A stretch of 64,000 nt of DNA from an uncultured Candidatus Saccharibacteria bacterium (GTDB lineage: Bacteria > Patescibacteriota > Minisyncoccia > Phycocordibacterales > UBA6899). Position 1 is the first letter of the stretch; each line of letters opens with the position of its first letter. The DNA lies in assembly GCA_964515375.1 (NCBI GenBank), contig CAZERF010000002.1:29164-93163 (forward strand), written 5' to 3'. The notes beneath the pieces were generated by a model. It was not told the DNA's origin, made no database searches, and saw nothing but the letters and a program-made list of their open reading frames with translations. Positions 1 to 9,400 of this stretch are shown here, in pieces. Made by a program: the position numbers and the translations under genes.

Positions 1-912
1 CATCGACCCCTCCACAGCAAGTGCACGCACGTCGGCAACCCCCGGAAGATCGACAGTACGAACAAACGAAAGATCGCTTCGACGAAGCACAATGATCTCA
101 CGTGTATCCCCGTCGGTTCCCAGCACAAGATATTCTCCAACACTTGCAAGCGCAAAGACCCGCTCCGGAAATTCAGCGCGATGAAGAAGCGCGACGACAC
201 CATTACCCGCATCCGCAAGATCGAGCGCGGCGACCGAATTCCCGGACGATGAAAGTGCTGCGACAAAGAGCATGCCGTCCTTGTGAAAAAATGACGTTAC
301 CGTACCGTCTCCTGACGCATCGAATGTCGCGAGGGTGCGGTAGGTTGCCGTGTTTCCAAGGAGAGGAAGTCCGACCGCTCCGTCACCATCTGCAAACACC
401 GCGGTTCCATTGTGTCTCCCGGCAGAAAAGTCGGCATTTGTTGTCTGTGTCCATCGTGAACCCGAGAATTGATGAAGGAAAAATTCCGCGTCGAGTGATG
501 CCGCGGGAAGAAGCGGCCGCTCCCACCGCACCTCGATACGCACTCGGCGACGCCCTCCCTCCTCAGAAGTGATCGTCACAAAACGCATGAACCGCTCATT
601 TGAAACCGTGTCCGCAACAAGCGTCCATCCGGAATTCGTCGCGATCAAGCGATAAGTTCCGGGAAGAAGCGCTCCCGGATCAGTATCACGAAGTGTGCGC
701 AGAGCCGTTACCCCTTCACGGAGCGCGAGCACGGCATGGTACCGCAGAGTAGCATCAGCGGTCATAGTCATCCCGGAGATTCCCATCGTTCCAAGTGCCG
801 CAACGGAAAGCGTGAAGATCGCGATCGCAAGCAAGACCTCGATCAAACTCACTCCGCGTGTTGCGTTGTGTTTTCTTCTGACCGCATGCTGTTTCAAAAA
901 AGTATGCAACAT
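1..912 (-). CDS. Prepilin-type (pseudopilin/minor pilin-like) protein, 3'-partial (runs off left edge). N-terminus reads MLHTFLKQHAVRRKHNATRG|VSLIEVLLAIAIFTLSVAAL.
   Basis: I translated the minus strand by hand from the ATG at 912 and saw no stop through position 1. A class-III (prepilin) signal is present: basic leader ending in G, then the hydrophobic VSLIEVLLAI segment. The ORF track does not list it because it lacks a stop inside the window. Confidence 0.55.
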   Translation of the reverse strand, partial: MLHTFLKQHAVRRKHNATRGVSLIEVLLAIAIFTLSVAALGTMGISGMTMTADATLRYHAVLALREGVTALRTLRDTDPGALLPGTYRLIATNSGWTLVADTVSNERFMRFVTITSEEGGRRRVRIEVRWERPLLPAASLDAEFFLHQFSGSRWTQTTNADFSAGRHNGTAVFADGDGAVGLPLLGNTATYRTLATFDASGDGTVTSFFHKDGMLFVAALSSSGNSVAALDLADAGNGVVALLHRAEFPERVFALASVGEYLVLGTDGDTREIIVLRRSDLSFVRTVDLPGVADVRALAVEGSM

Positions 913-913
913 A

Positions 914-1390
914 TCATTCAACAACACTGACCGCTCCGAGCTCCCCGACGGCAACAACTCGCGTCACACCAAAAAGCGAGAGCGTGACGGTCCCCGTCGC
1001 GTTCACTACTCCGGAAAAATGCGCGAACACGAATTCCTCCGGGGAGGCGGTGATCACCCCCGACGCGGGGAGCGTGACGATCCGTTCACGTAACGAATCT
1101 CGTGTCTCATAAGAATCCCCAACAAAGGTCACATAGCGGTCGGAAAAGTAGCGCACGCCAAATGCAGTACCACCCCTTCCCGCTCGCGCTTCCGCGCTTG
1201 CACGACGCAGGTCAAGCACCATGTCCGTTGTCGCCTCGTCGACAACCTGTGTTTGATAGAAACGCAGACCGACAGGAAGTGTGAGCGAAAGCAGCATTGT
1301 CCCGATCGCGAGCACGACCAAAAGCTCGACAAGCGTGAAGCCGCGAGTACTGCGCGTGTATGCACCTGTGTATCCTTGTCCGATCATCAC
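914..1390 (-). CDS. Type IV pilin / pseudopilin with prepilin peptidase signal (MMIGQGYTGAYTRSTRG|FTLVELLVVLAIG)
   Basis: Classic G|FTLVELLVV prepilin cleavage/methylation motif at the N-terminus. Size 158 aa. It sits in an operon with pilC and pilB. Confidence 0.85.
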   Translation of the reverse strand: MMIGQGYTGAYTRSTRGFTLVELLVVLAIGTMLLSLTLPVGLRFYQTQVVDEATTDMVLDLRRASAEARAGRGGTAFGVRYFSDRYVTFVGDSYETRDSLRERIVTLPASGVITASPEEFVFAHFSGVVNATGTVTLSLFGVTRVVAVGELGAVSVVE

Positions 1391-1431
1391 GCATCAGCCT
1401 TCAGTCCAAAGAACTCAGGGCTGGTGCGTGA

Positions 1432-2478
1432 CTATCGACGAACACCGGAGGTGAATTGGTAGATCGGCAAGATGATCGCGATCGCGATGAACGCGACCAG
1501 AAGTCCCATCACGAGAAGGAGGATCGGCTCGATCACCGTTGGGAGTCGCTTTGTCGCGGCGTGCACTTCCTTGCGATAATATTCGGTAATATAACCGAAC
1601 GATTCCTCGAGCGAGCCACTTCGCTCTCCGACGGCGATAATACTCGTCATATCGCGGGGGAAGAGTCGTGGGAACGCCTTGAGCCCGTCGGAGAGTGTGT
1701 TGCCACGCACAAGACGTTCTTCGATCTCGGCGAGTGCTTCCGAGTACCGAATGTTCGTCGCGCCGCGCGCGGCGATCGCACATGTCTCTTGTATCGAAAG
1801 TCCGCTCCGGAAAAGTGTCGCGAACAACTGCCCGATCAGTGTCAGCTGATATTGGCGCAACATGGTCCCCATGAATGGAATACGCAATGACACAGAATGA
1901 AAGAAACGACGTACCGCGCGAATCTTGTTGAGCGCGGAAAGTCCAAAAACAAGGACCACGGTCGCAAAAGCAAGAATGAGCCAATGTTCCGTCACAAGAT
2001 CCGTGACCCCCAAGAGCACGCGTGTCGGAAGCGGGAGTTCCCCCTGCATCTGGGTAAAGATAGGGAGAAGTCGCGGCAACACCAAAAGCGCGAGCGCTCC
2101 CGAGACACCGATGGTCGCAATAAAGACAATGAGCGGATAGAGCATCGCGCCGTGTACTTCGCGAGCGATGTCAGCGTTATGCTCAAGCCAATCGGAAAGG
2201 AAGCTTAAGTTCTCTTCAAGCGTGCCGGACGTTTCGCCCGCACGCACAACTGCAAGGGTCACCCCACCAAAGACGCGCGGATGCTTTTCCATCGCCTCAG
2301 AAAGCGCGACGCCGGATTCGATATCCTTCTCCACTGTCGCCAAGATCCGAGAAAAGCGCGCGGACGAAGATTGCGCGGAGAGCTCCGCGAGTGATTCATT
2401 GATCGTCATTCCGCTCCGCAACATAAGGGAGAGGTTCTTTGTGAAATGCACCAACTGTGCGCTCGAAATACCACCCAT
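1432..2478 (-). CDS. pilC: Type IV pilus assembly platform protein PilC (GspF family, two T2SSF domains)
   Basis: Two GspF-like repeats (…LSLMLRSGMTINESL… and …QLFATLFRSGLSIQETC…) with three TM segments. It lies immediately downstream of pilB on the same strand. Confidence 0.85.
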   Translation of the reverse strand: MGGISSAQLVHFTKNLSLMLRSGMTINESLAELSAQSSSARFSRILATVEKDIESGVALSEAMEKHPRVFGGVTLAVVRAGETSGTLEENLSFLSDWLEHNADIAREVHGAMLYPLIVFIATIGVSGALALLVLPRLLPIFTQMQGELPLPTRVLLGVTDLVTEHWLILAFATVVLVFGLSALNKIRAVRRFFHSVSLRIPFMGTMLRQYQLTLIGQLFATLFRSGLSIQETCAIAARGATNIRYSEALAEIEERLVRGNTLSDGLKAFPRLFPRDMTSIIAVGERSGSLEESFGYITEYYRKEVHAATKRLPTVIEPILLLVMGLLVAFIAIAIILPIYQFTSGVRR

Positions 2479-2555
2479 GCCTCACAGTATACCGCGGAAA
2501 AGAGCGCGTGAGTAGCGCATCAAGAAGCATGACTGACAAAAAAAAGAGGGGGGGG

Positions 2556-4262
2556 TCAACTCTTCGTCGCACGAACGATCTCCTCGAGTGTCGTGAGTCC
2601 TTGGAGCACTTTCTCGATACCGTCCTCGAGCATGATCTTCATACCGCCCTTTTGCGCTTCTTTGGTGATCACGTCGGCGGTTGCGCGCGAGGCAATGAGC
2701 GCGCGAATCGCGTCGTTCACTTCCATGACCTCAAAGATACCAATGCGCCCGTGGTATCCCGTATCCTTACACAACTCACATCCGTTGCCTGCGCCACGAT
2801 ACAAGCGGATCTTCTTGAGATCCTTCTTCCCCGAATATTTCTTCATGAGTCGCGAGATCTCCGGTTCCGCCGCAAGCAGCGCGAGCTCATCCTCTTCGAG
2901 AAAATAGTTGGTGCGACAGCGCTCGCATACTCGTCGCGCGAGACGTTGCGCGACAATGACATTAACGGACGATGCGATCAAGAACGGCTCGATGTCCATC
3001 TCGATCAAGCGAGGAAAAGTGGTCGCCGCGTCGTTGGCATGCAAGGTCGAAAGCACGAGGTGTCCGGTCATGGCGGCGTTGATCGCGATCGACGCGGTCT
3101 CGTTATCGCGGATCTCACCGACCAGAATGATATCGGGGTCTTGTCGCACGATCGAACGTAGCCCCGTCGCAAAAGTGAGTTTCTTCTTTTCGTTCACTTG
3201 CGTTTGTTGAACGTGGTCGACAGCGTATTCCACCGGGTCCTCAATGGTCATGATGTTCACGTCGGGGGTATTCAATATCTGCAAGATCGCGTAGAGGGTA
3301 GTCGTCTTTCCCGCGCCGGTGGGACCGACCGAGAGGATCATTCCGTAGGGCTTGCGTGCCGCACGTTCGATTGTTTCGAGATCGGAAGGACCAAAGCCGA
3401 TCTCCGGGAGCGAAAAACGTTGTGACTGTTCCGCGAGAAGACGCATCACGACATTCTCTCCGTGCGTAACGGGGAGAATGGAGATACGCACATCAAAGGT
3501 CTCCGAGCGCTCACCGGGAGATGCCGGCTCGTCCGAAAAGCTGAAGCGTCCGTCCTGAGGAGTCGCATGGTCGTCAGTCCGCAAGCGAGACATGATCTTC
3601 AAGCGAAAGACAACCTTCTCGTGCAAAAAGACCGGGTACCGCGCGAGCTCATGCAAGACTCCATCGATACGAAAGCGCACCGACACATGTTCGGAAAGCG
3701 GCTCGAGATGGATGTCCGACGCACGACTTCCATGAGCGTATGCCAAGACCAAGCTCACAAAAGTGACCACATCCTCATCGCGAAAGACCGTCTTCAATTG
3801 CCCAAGTGTCTTCTCGATCCGCTCCCCAAAGCTCTTTCCGTACAAACGGAGCGTCGCACGCAGTGCCGAAGGGGTCACATAGTAAAGGAGCGCTTCCTTG
3901 TTGAAGCGACGCTTAATCATGTTGAAAAATTCGTAGTTGTTCGGATTGGTCGTCGCGCAGTGCACCCCCTCGTCGTCAACACGAAAGATCACGGTCTCTT
4001 GCGCGCGCGCCACGACCTCGGGAAGAAGCTCAAGCGTCTCCTTCGCGATCCGCTCATTCGAAAGATCAACAAAGCGCATCTGGAAAAGACTCGCGAGCAA
4101 CTGTCCCAAATGTTCATCCGTGATAAGTCCACTCTCGGGGAGGTAGTCGAGGAGAGGAACACCTTTCTCTGTCGCCGTCGCGACAACCTGATCGAATTCT
4201 TCGGCGGTCACCAGATTCATGCCAAGAAGAAAGGTCTTGATCTGTGTCGTTGAGATCTCCAT
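2556..4262 (-). CDS. pilB: Type IV pilus assembly ATPase PilB (GspE family)
   Basis: N-terminal GSPII_E N-domain. Walker A GPTGAGKTTTLYAIL. Asp/His boxes. Tetracysteine motif CERCRTNY…CELCKDTGYHGRIGIFE. Length 568 aa. Confidence 0.9.
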   Translation of the reverse strand: MEISTTQIKTFLLGMNLVTAEEFDQVVATATEKGVPLLDYLPESGLITDEHLGQLLASLFQMRFVDLSNERIAKETLELLPEVVARAQETVIFRVDDEGVHCATTNPNNYEFFNMIKRRFNKEALLYYVTPSALRATLRLYGKSFGERIEKTLGQLKTVFRDEDVVTFVSLVLAYAHGSRASDIHLEPLSEHVSVRFRIDGVLHELARYPVFLHEKVVFRLKIMSRLRTDDHATPQDGRFSFSDEPASPGERSETFDVRISILPVTHGENVVMRLLAEQSQRFSLPEIGFGPSDLETIERAARKPYGMILSVGPTGAGKTTTLYAILQILNTPDVNIMTIEDPVEYAVDHVQQTQVNEKKKLTFATGLRSIVRQDPDIILVGEIRDNETASIAINAAMTGHLVLSTLHANDAATTFPRLIEMDIEPFLIASSVNVIVAQRLARRVCERCRTNYFLEEDELALLAAEPEISRLMKKYSGKKDLKKIRLYRGAGNGCELCKDTGYHGRIGIFEVMEVNDAIRALIASRATADVITKEAQKGGMKIMLEDGIEKVLQGLTTLEEIVRATKS

Positions 4263-4269
4263 AACTTAT

Positions 4270-4638
4270 TTAGAGGGCGCAAGCGGCTTGCACGACATCC
4301 TGGACCGTATGCCGACCCTTAAGAAAATATTCACGCGCGCCGAGCGCAAGCGCCTCTTCTTTATCGTGATCCTGGGAAAGGCTCGAGAAAACGATGACCT
4401 TTGTCTCACGGATCTCCGGGGTACGTTTCAGCTCGGCGAGGACCTCGAACCCATCCTTCTTTTGCAAGATAAGATCGAGAATGACAATGTCGGGTTTTGT
4501 CTTTTTTGCCAAAAGAAGACCCTCCTCACCGTCTTCCGCAAGGGCAACCTCGGCATTCACTTGCCGAAATTCGGACTCAAAAAGGGTCCGGAAAAACTTA
4601 TCGTCATCGATGACCAAGATATGCATATGTTTTCCCAT
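4270..4638 (-). CDS. Single-domain response regulator (CheY-like receiver). Start uncertain (ORF extends to 4668).
   Basis: Receiver-domain motifs are present: HILVIDDD, phospho-acceptor region IVILDL and conserved K in EYFLKG. It is the first gene of the pilus operon, ending 8 bp before pilB. Confidence 0.75.
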   Translation of the reverse strand: MGKHMHILVIDDDKFFRTLFESEFRQVNAEVALAEDGEEGLLLAKKTKPDIVILDLILQKKDGFEVLAELKRTPEIRETKVIVFSSLSQDHDKEEALALGAREYFLKGRHTVQDVVQAACAL

Positions 4639-4745
4639 GATAGCAAAGAACGGGGAGATTTGCGACAATACTCACTTTTCAGCGAAAGTTCCTCAAGCCA
4701 GGAATAAAGGGTGACAAATCACCCCTCCTCGTCTACCATAGGGGC

Positions 4746-5591
4746 ATGTTCACACCAAAACACCTCCGTGAGTCTGTCGTGCGCTGGGCAAACCTTATGT
4801 TCGCGCGCTATCTGCGCTATGAACACCGCATCGCCACGGCGTTCTTTGCGGGAGGTTTTCTTGTCGATATTGTCATTTTCACCGCGATCGACATCACCCT
4901 CAAAAATATCATCATTGGCGGATACCTCACCCTTGCCGCGGGGAGCATCTTCCTCTTCCAAGACCTTGACCGTCGCGAAGAGACAAAGCGACGCGCGCTC
5001 ATCAAGGCGGCGCTTCCTTTCCTGATCCAATTCTCTTTCGGTGCGGCAATGAGCGGGCTCCTTGTCTACTATTTTCAAAGCGCCTCCCTTGCGACAAGCT
5101 GGCTTTTCCTCGGGATATTGTTTGGAATGATCGCGGGGAACGAATTTATCCGTTCCCGCTACGTGCGCCTCGAGTTCCAAATACTTGTGTGGTTCATGTG
5201 CCTCCTCGCGTTCATGGTCGTCCTCGTTCCCTCCCTCGCAGGAACGATAGGGAAGACGGTCTTTTTGACGAGTGTCGTTGCGGCATTCGGGATCGGGCTC
5301 GCTTCTTTTGCGCTTCTCGCCCGCATGACCAAGACCGTTGCCCTGCGTGAGCGAAAGTTCATCATGTTGGGCATGAGCGCGATCTCTCTGCTTTTGATTC
5401 TCTTGTATTTTGCGCGGATCATCCCCCCCTATTCCGCTTATCCTTGTGGAGCGAGCGATCGTGCACGACCTCGTGCGAACGACCGAGGGCGCCTATGTTG
5501 CGAGGATCGAACCGCGCTCATGGTGGGAGGAGCTCTTTCGTCTGACTCCGACCGAACATTTCAAAGAAGGGGAGCCTGTATACTTTTTTAG
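4746..5591 (+). CDS. Polytopic membrane protein (hypothetical). 3' end may be artefactual, see the frameshift finding.
   Basis: At least 6 hydrophobic helices up to ~aa 225. The last ~55 aa (…CGASDRARPRANDRGRLCCEDRT…) look non-protein-like. Confidence 0.55.
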   Translation: MFTPKHLRESVVRWANLMFARYLRYEHRIATAFFAGGFLVDIVIFTAIDITLKNIIIGGYLTLAAGSIFLFQDLDRREETKRRALIKAALPFLIQFSFGAAMSGLLVYYFQSASLATSWLFLGILFGMIAGNEFIRSRYVRLEFQILVWFMCLLAFMVVLVPSLAGTIGKTVFLTSVVAAFGIGLASFALLARMTKTVALRERKFIMLGMSAISLLLILLYFARIIPPYSAYPCGASDRARPRANDRGRLCCEDRTALMVGGALSSDSDRTFQRRGACILF

Positions 5592-5865
5592 CGCCATCTC
5601 CGCCCCGACCGAACTCTCCGCACCTCTTGTGCACCAATGGCAATACAAGAGCAAGAAGAGAGGAGAATGGACAAACGACCTCCGGATCACTTTCCCAATT
5701 GTCGGTGGTCGCGACCTCGGTTACCGCGCCTATTCACAAAAATTTACCGCAACAGAAGGCGAGTGGCGCATATTGGTCACAACCAACGAAGGTCACACCC
5801 TCGGGATCCATCGCTTCAACATTACACACGGAACGCCTTCTGCTCTCACCGCGCTCACTCGCTGA
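5410..5865 (+). CDS. Soluble domain protein (hypothetical). Possibly the C-terminal domain of the upstream membrane protein, separated by a frameshift.
   Basis: The ORF overlaps the 3' end of the 4746..5591 ORF in a different frame, beginning at a C7 homopolymer (5424-5430). Protein-like composition. Confidence 0.5.
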   Translation: MRGSSPPIPLILVERAIVHDLVRTTEGAYVARIEPRSWWEELFRLTPTEHFKEGEPVYFFSAISAPTELSAPLVHQWQYKSKKRGEWTNDLRITFPIVGGRDLGYRAYSQKFTATEGEWRILVTTNEGHTLGIHRFNITHGTPSALTALTR

Positions 5866-5939
5866 AACAAGAAAAATGGTCCAAAAAAAAGACCCGTCAC
5901 GTACGACGAGTCTTTAAATCTTTGAAAAGAGAGTGGGGA

Positions 5940-6947
5940 TCAATATGCAAAAGGATTGCGAGCACCGCGCACTTCAAAGTGCAGGTGCGGCCCCGTGGAG
6001 CGACCGGTGTTTCCCATAGTGCCGACCGCCTGACCCTGAAAGACTGATTCTCCGACGCCGACCGCGACACTCTGCAAATGCGCGTAAAGGGTTTGCGTGC
6101 CGTTACCATGCTTCACGACCACATAACTTCCGTATCCTCCGTTGTATCCGCCCGATCGCGCTACAATGACACTTCCTCCGGCCGAAGCCAAGACAGGAGC
6201 GCCGAGATACGAGGCCATGTCAACCGCATTATATCCGTGCAACTTCTGCGTACGGCGGTAATTCTGGAGAGGGGCAATGAAATACGCATCATCAATGGTC
6301 GTGGGCACGCTCGCAAGCTTCGAGGAAGCGGGCTTTTGCACAGGAACGACCGTCGCGATCTCTCCGTCGGGAATGATAACAACAGTACCAGGAACCAAGA
6401 TATCATTCTCAGCAAGACCGTTGAACGAGCGGATCTCCTCCTCATCCCCGCGATACTTCTTCGCAATACTCGAAAGAGTGTCCCCCTTCTTGACCTCATG
6501 CTGAACTCCGGAAACAGGAAGAATAAGGAGTGCCTGTCCGACCGTGATCTTTGCGCCGCGGGGGAGATCGTTGGCCCAAAGGATCGTATTGACGGACACT
6601 CCAAAGGTCTGGGCGATCCGAGAAAGCGAATCACCTTCCTTTACAATGTACAAGCTGATCTCGCCGTGATCGGAAGTTCCCTCAAGCTCGGCCGGTCCTC
6701 CGGAAGGACCAACATCGGGGAGAAGCGCGCTTCCCGCGACCGTATTTACCTCCGAGAGATGCGCCGGACCGGCTTCTCCGCTTGCCCCCACTGACGCGGT
6801 AAGGAGTGCGAGATTCTGGGAATTGACAGGGCGCACCTCAGTCGCCACTTTCACAAAGATGTCGCTAAAAAGCGAAAAAATGCTCGCATAGGCAAATGCG
6901 AGCGGTGCGACAAAGAACGCGAGTATGAAAAAGATGAACTTTCTCAT
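5940..6947 (-). CDS. LysM-domain M23 family peptidoglycan endopeptidase (signal peptide, 2 LysM, C-terminal M23)
   Basis: Start chosen at MRKFIFFILAFF (signal peptide). LysM motifs YIVKEGDSLSRIAQTFGVSV and HEVKKGDTLSSIAKKY. M23 motifs around SGGYNGGYGSYVVVKHG and GPHLHFEV. Confidence 0.85.
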   Translation of the reverse strand: MRKFIFFILAFFVAPLAFAYASIFSLFSDIFVKVATEVRPVNSQNLALLTASVGASGEAGPAHLSEVNTVAGSALLPDVGPSGGPAELEGTSDHGEISLYIVKEGDSLSRIAQTFGVSVNTILWANDLPRGAKITVGQALLILPVSGVQHEVKKGDTLSSIAKKYRGDEEEIRSFNGLAENDILVPGTVVIIPDGEIATVVPVQKPASSKLASVPTTIDDAYFIAPLQNYRRTQKLHGYNAVDMASYLGAPVLASAGGSVIVARSGGYNGGYGSYVVVKHGNGTQTLYAHLQSVAVGVGESVFQGQAVGTMGNTGRSTGPHLHFEVRGARNPFAY

Positions 6948-7180
6948 CGAAAAGACTTTCGCACGTTCACTATGTGTCCGCTCGAGGGATAATGTTCGAG
7001 TGGAGTCTGTATGCAAAGGTTGAATAGACATATGGAAACATTTCGTACAACCGTTCATCCGTCGGAGCAAGCTCCGTTCATCTGTGCAACCGTTTTCTTC
7101 CGTATGTTTTAATCATAGCGGAGTGACACCGCACGTCAACACCATTATGCACCGGGACACAAGATCGAGGAAACGAAAAA

Positions 7181-7325
7181 CTGAAAAAATATGGCTTAAA
7201 ATATAGATATTTAGATAACCATTTTAAGGACATGTCAAAAATCGGCTTGACAGAGCCGTTTTTTCAAGCACTCGTGCACTATCCCCGTCACAGAAAAAAT
7301 ATGGCTTAAAATAGACCTATTTCAT
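7181..7325. repeat. Two copies of a ~33-bp direct repeat (core GAAAAAATATGGCTTAAAATA, 7181-7215 and 7291-7325) flanking a bidirectional hairpin in the AT-rich intergenic region upstream of uvrD
   Basis: Direct sequence comparison. The 21-nt core is identical, followed by GA..TATTT. Confidence 0.6.
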
Positions 7326-7369
7326 CGTTTTCAGAAAAGTTGCCGAATGATGCTACTATATAGCCTAAT

Positions 7370-9385
7370 ATGAATCCACTCGTAAACGGACTGAACGACG
7401 GACAAAAGGCCGCAGTGCTCGCAACCGAAGGCCCCGTACTTATCATTGCAGGTGCGGGAGCAGGGAAGACCAAAACATTGACCCACCGCATCGGCAACCT
7501 GATCGAAAAAGGCGTACCTCCGGAAGCGATCCTTGCGATCACCTTCACCAACAAGGCGGCAAAGGAGATGCGCGAACGTGTCTTTCGTCTGCTCGGCAAA
7601 GAGGGGCTCGCGACCGGAGGAGGGTGGGGAATGGCGCGGGGGGTACCCTTCATCGGCACCTTCCACGGACTCGGCATGGCGATCCTTCGCGAAAAAGGTG
7701 ACCGGATCGGGATTCCCAAAGGAGCGACGATCCTCGACGCGGACGATGCGGGAAAGCTCATCAAAAAGTCTATGGCGAAGGCGGGGATCGACCCCAAACA
7801 ATTCGAGCCCCGCAAGATGCAGTCCCTCATCTCTCGCCACAAAGGCAACATGGGGACCCCCGACGACATCGAAAAGATAACCCCCAACCGCTATCTCGGG
7901 CAGTCGCTCAAACGTGTCTTTGCCATCTACGAAGCGACGCTCCGCGAAACCAACGTGCTTGACTTCGACGATCTCCTGGCCAAGACCGTGACCCTCCTTG
8001 AGGGACACAAGGACATCCTCGCGTACTACACGACACGATGGCAATACGTCCACGTCGACGAATACCAAGACACCAACGAAGTGCAGTACCGCCTTGCGCG
8101 ACTCCTTGCGGGTGCAAAGAAGAACATTTGCGTTGTCGGCGACAGCGACCAAAACATCTATAGCTGGCGGGGCGCGTCGATCGCCAACATTCTCGAGTTC
8201 GAAGAAGATTACCCTGGCACACAGGTCATCCTCCTTGAACAGAATTATCGCTCCACGCAAAACATCCTCTCCGCTGCCAACAATGTCATCGCGAAGAATA
8301 CAATGCGTAAACCGAAGAATCTCTTCACCGCAAACGCCTCAGGAGAACCACTCTCACTCTTTGAATCCTACGACGAGACCGATGAAGCTCGCTACGTTGC
8401 AACAAAGATCGCGGCGCTCCTCGCACACGGCGTGCATCCCAAAGATATCGCGATCCTCTATCGCACGAACTTCCAATCCCGCGTACTCGAAGAAGCGCTC
8501 CTCTTTTCGGGTATTCCGTATCAAGTGCTCGGTACGCGCTTCTACGAACGCAAAGAAGTGAAAGACGTCATCGCGTATCTGCGCGCCGCGATGAACCCGC
8601 GCTCGGCGTTCGATCTCGAGCGGGTGATCAATGTCCCCGCTCGGGGAGTCGGGAAGGTCACTCTCGAGAAGATATTGAACGGTCAGCGTGATGCGCTCCC
8701 CGCCACAATGCGCGCCAAGGTCGACGCATTCTTTGCTCTCCTCGCACGCATCAAGGACGCGACCGAGACCATGAAGCCCTCCGCTCTTGTTTCCTTCATC
8801 ATCACCGAAACAGGGATCGAGAAGCGTCTCTCTGAAGGCGACGACGAAGACACGGAGCGTCTGGCCAACGTGCGCGAGCTCGTCACCGTCGCGATGCGCT
8901 ACGATGTCTTTCCCGATCAAGAAGGACTCATGCAGTTCCTCTCCGATGTCGCACTCGAATCCGACCAAGACAACATGAAAGAAAGCTCCGATGCCGTGCG
9001 GCTCATGACCATTCACGCCGCAAAAGGACTCGAGTTCGATCACGTCTTCATCACCGGAATGGAGCAAGATCTCTTCCCCTCGCGCCGCTCGCAAGACGAA
9101 AGCAAGGACATCTCCGAACGCGAAGAGGAACGTCGTCTCTTCTATGTCGCGCTCACCCGCGCCGCGCAAAAGGTCTTCCTCTCTTATGCGTCCTTCCGTA
9201 CGATCTTCGGGCAACGTCAAGTCAATCTTCCGAGTGAATTCCTCGCAGACATCGGCGACAATCTGCTCACGGTCGAGTCGCGCGATGGAAGTACGGGGAG
9301 AAGAGAAGAGAAACCGAAACGCAAGGTGAGTCTCCTTGGCTGGGACGAAGACTACGGCGACGGAGAGAGTATCTCCTATATATAG
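7370..9385 (+). CDS. uvrD: ATP-dependent DNA helicase UvrD/PcrA family
   Basis: Helicase motif I AGAGAGKTKTLTHR, motif II VDEYQDTN, and UvrD C-terminal motifs. Length 671 aa. Confidence 0.9.
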   Translation: MNPLVNGLNDGQKAAVLATEGPVLIIAGAGAGKTKTLTHRIGNLIEKGVPPEAILAITFTNKAAKEMRERVFRLLGKEGLATGGGWGMARGVPFIGTFHGLGMAILREKGDRIGIPKGATILDADDAGKLIKKSMAKAGIDPKQFEPRKMQSLISRHKGNMGTPDDIEKITPNRYLGQSLKRVFAIYEATLRETNVLDFDDLLAKTVTLLEGHKDILAYYTTRWQYVHVDEYQDTNEVQYRLARLLAGAKKNICVVGDSDQNIYSWRGASIANILEFEEDYPGTQVILLEQNYRSTQNILSAANNVIAKNTMRKPKNLFTANASGEPLSLFESYDETDEARYVATKIAALLAHGVHPKDIAILYRTNFQSRVLEEALLFSGIPYQVLGTRFYERKEVKDVIAYLRAAMNPRSAFDLERVINVPARGVGKVTLEKILNGQRDALPATMRAKVDAFFALLARIKDATETMKPSALVSFIITETGIEKRLSEGDDEDTERLANVRELVTVAMRYDVFPDQEGLMQFLSDVALESDQDNMKESSDAVRLMTIHAAKGLEFDHVFITGMEQDLFPSRRSQDESKDISEREEERRLFYVALTRAAQKVFLSYASFRTIFGQRQVNLPSEFLADIGDNLLTVESRDGSTGRREEKPKRKVSLLGWDEDYGDGESISYI

Positions 9386-9400
9386 AGCAAGGAGGGAGCG

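Noticed and set aside
102-572. 156-aa plus-strand ORF at the left edge
   Set aside because: It lies antisense to the open minus-strand pseudopilin frame. The protein is Arg/Pro-rich junk, typical of an antisense ORF in GC-rich coding DNA.
3462-4253. 263-aa plus-strand ORF
   Set aside because: Entirely antisense within pilB, which has unmistakable GspE motifs. No protein-like features.
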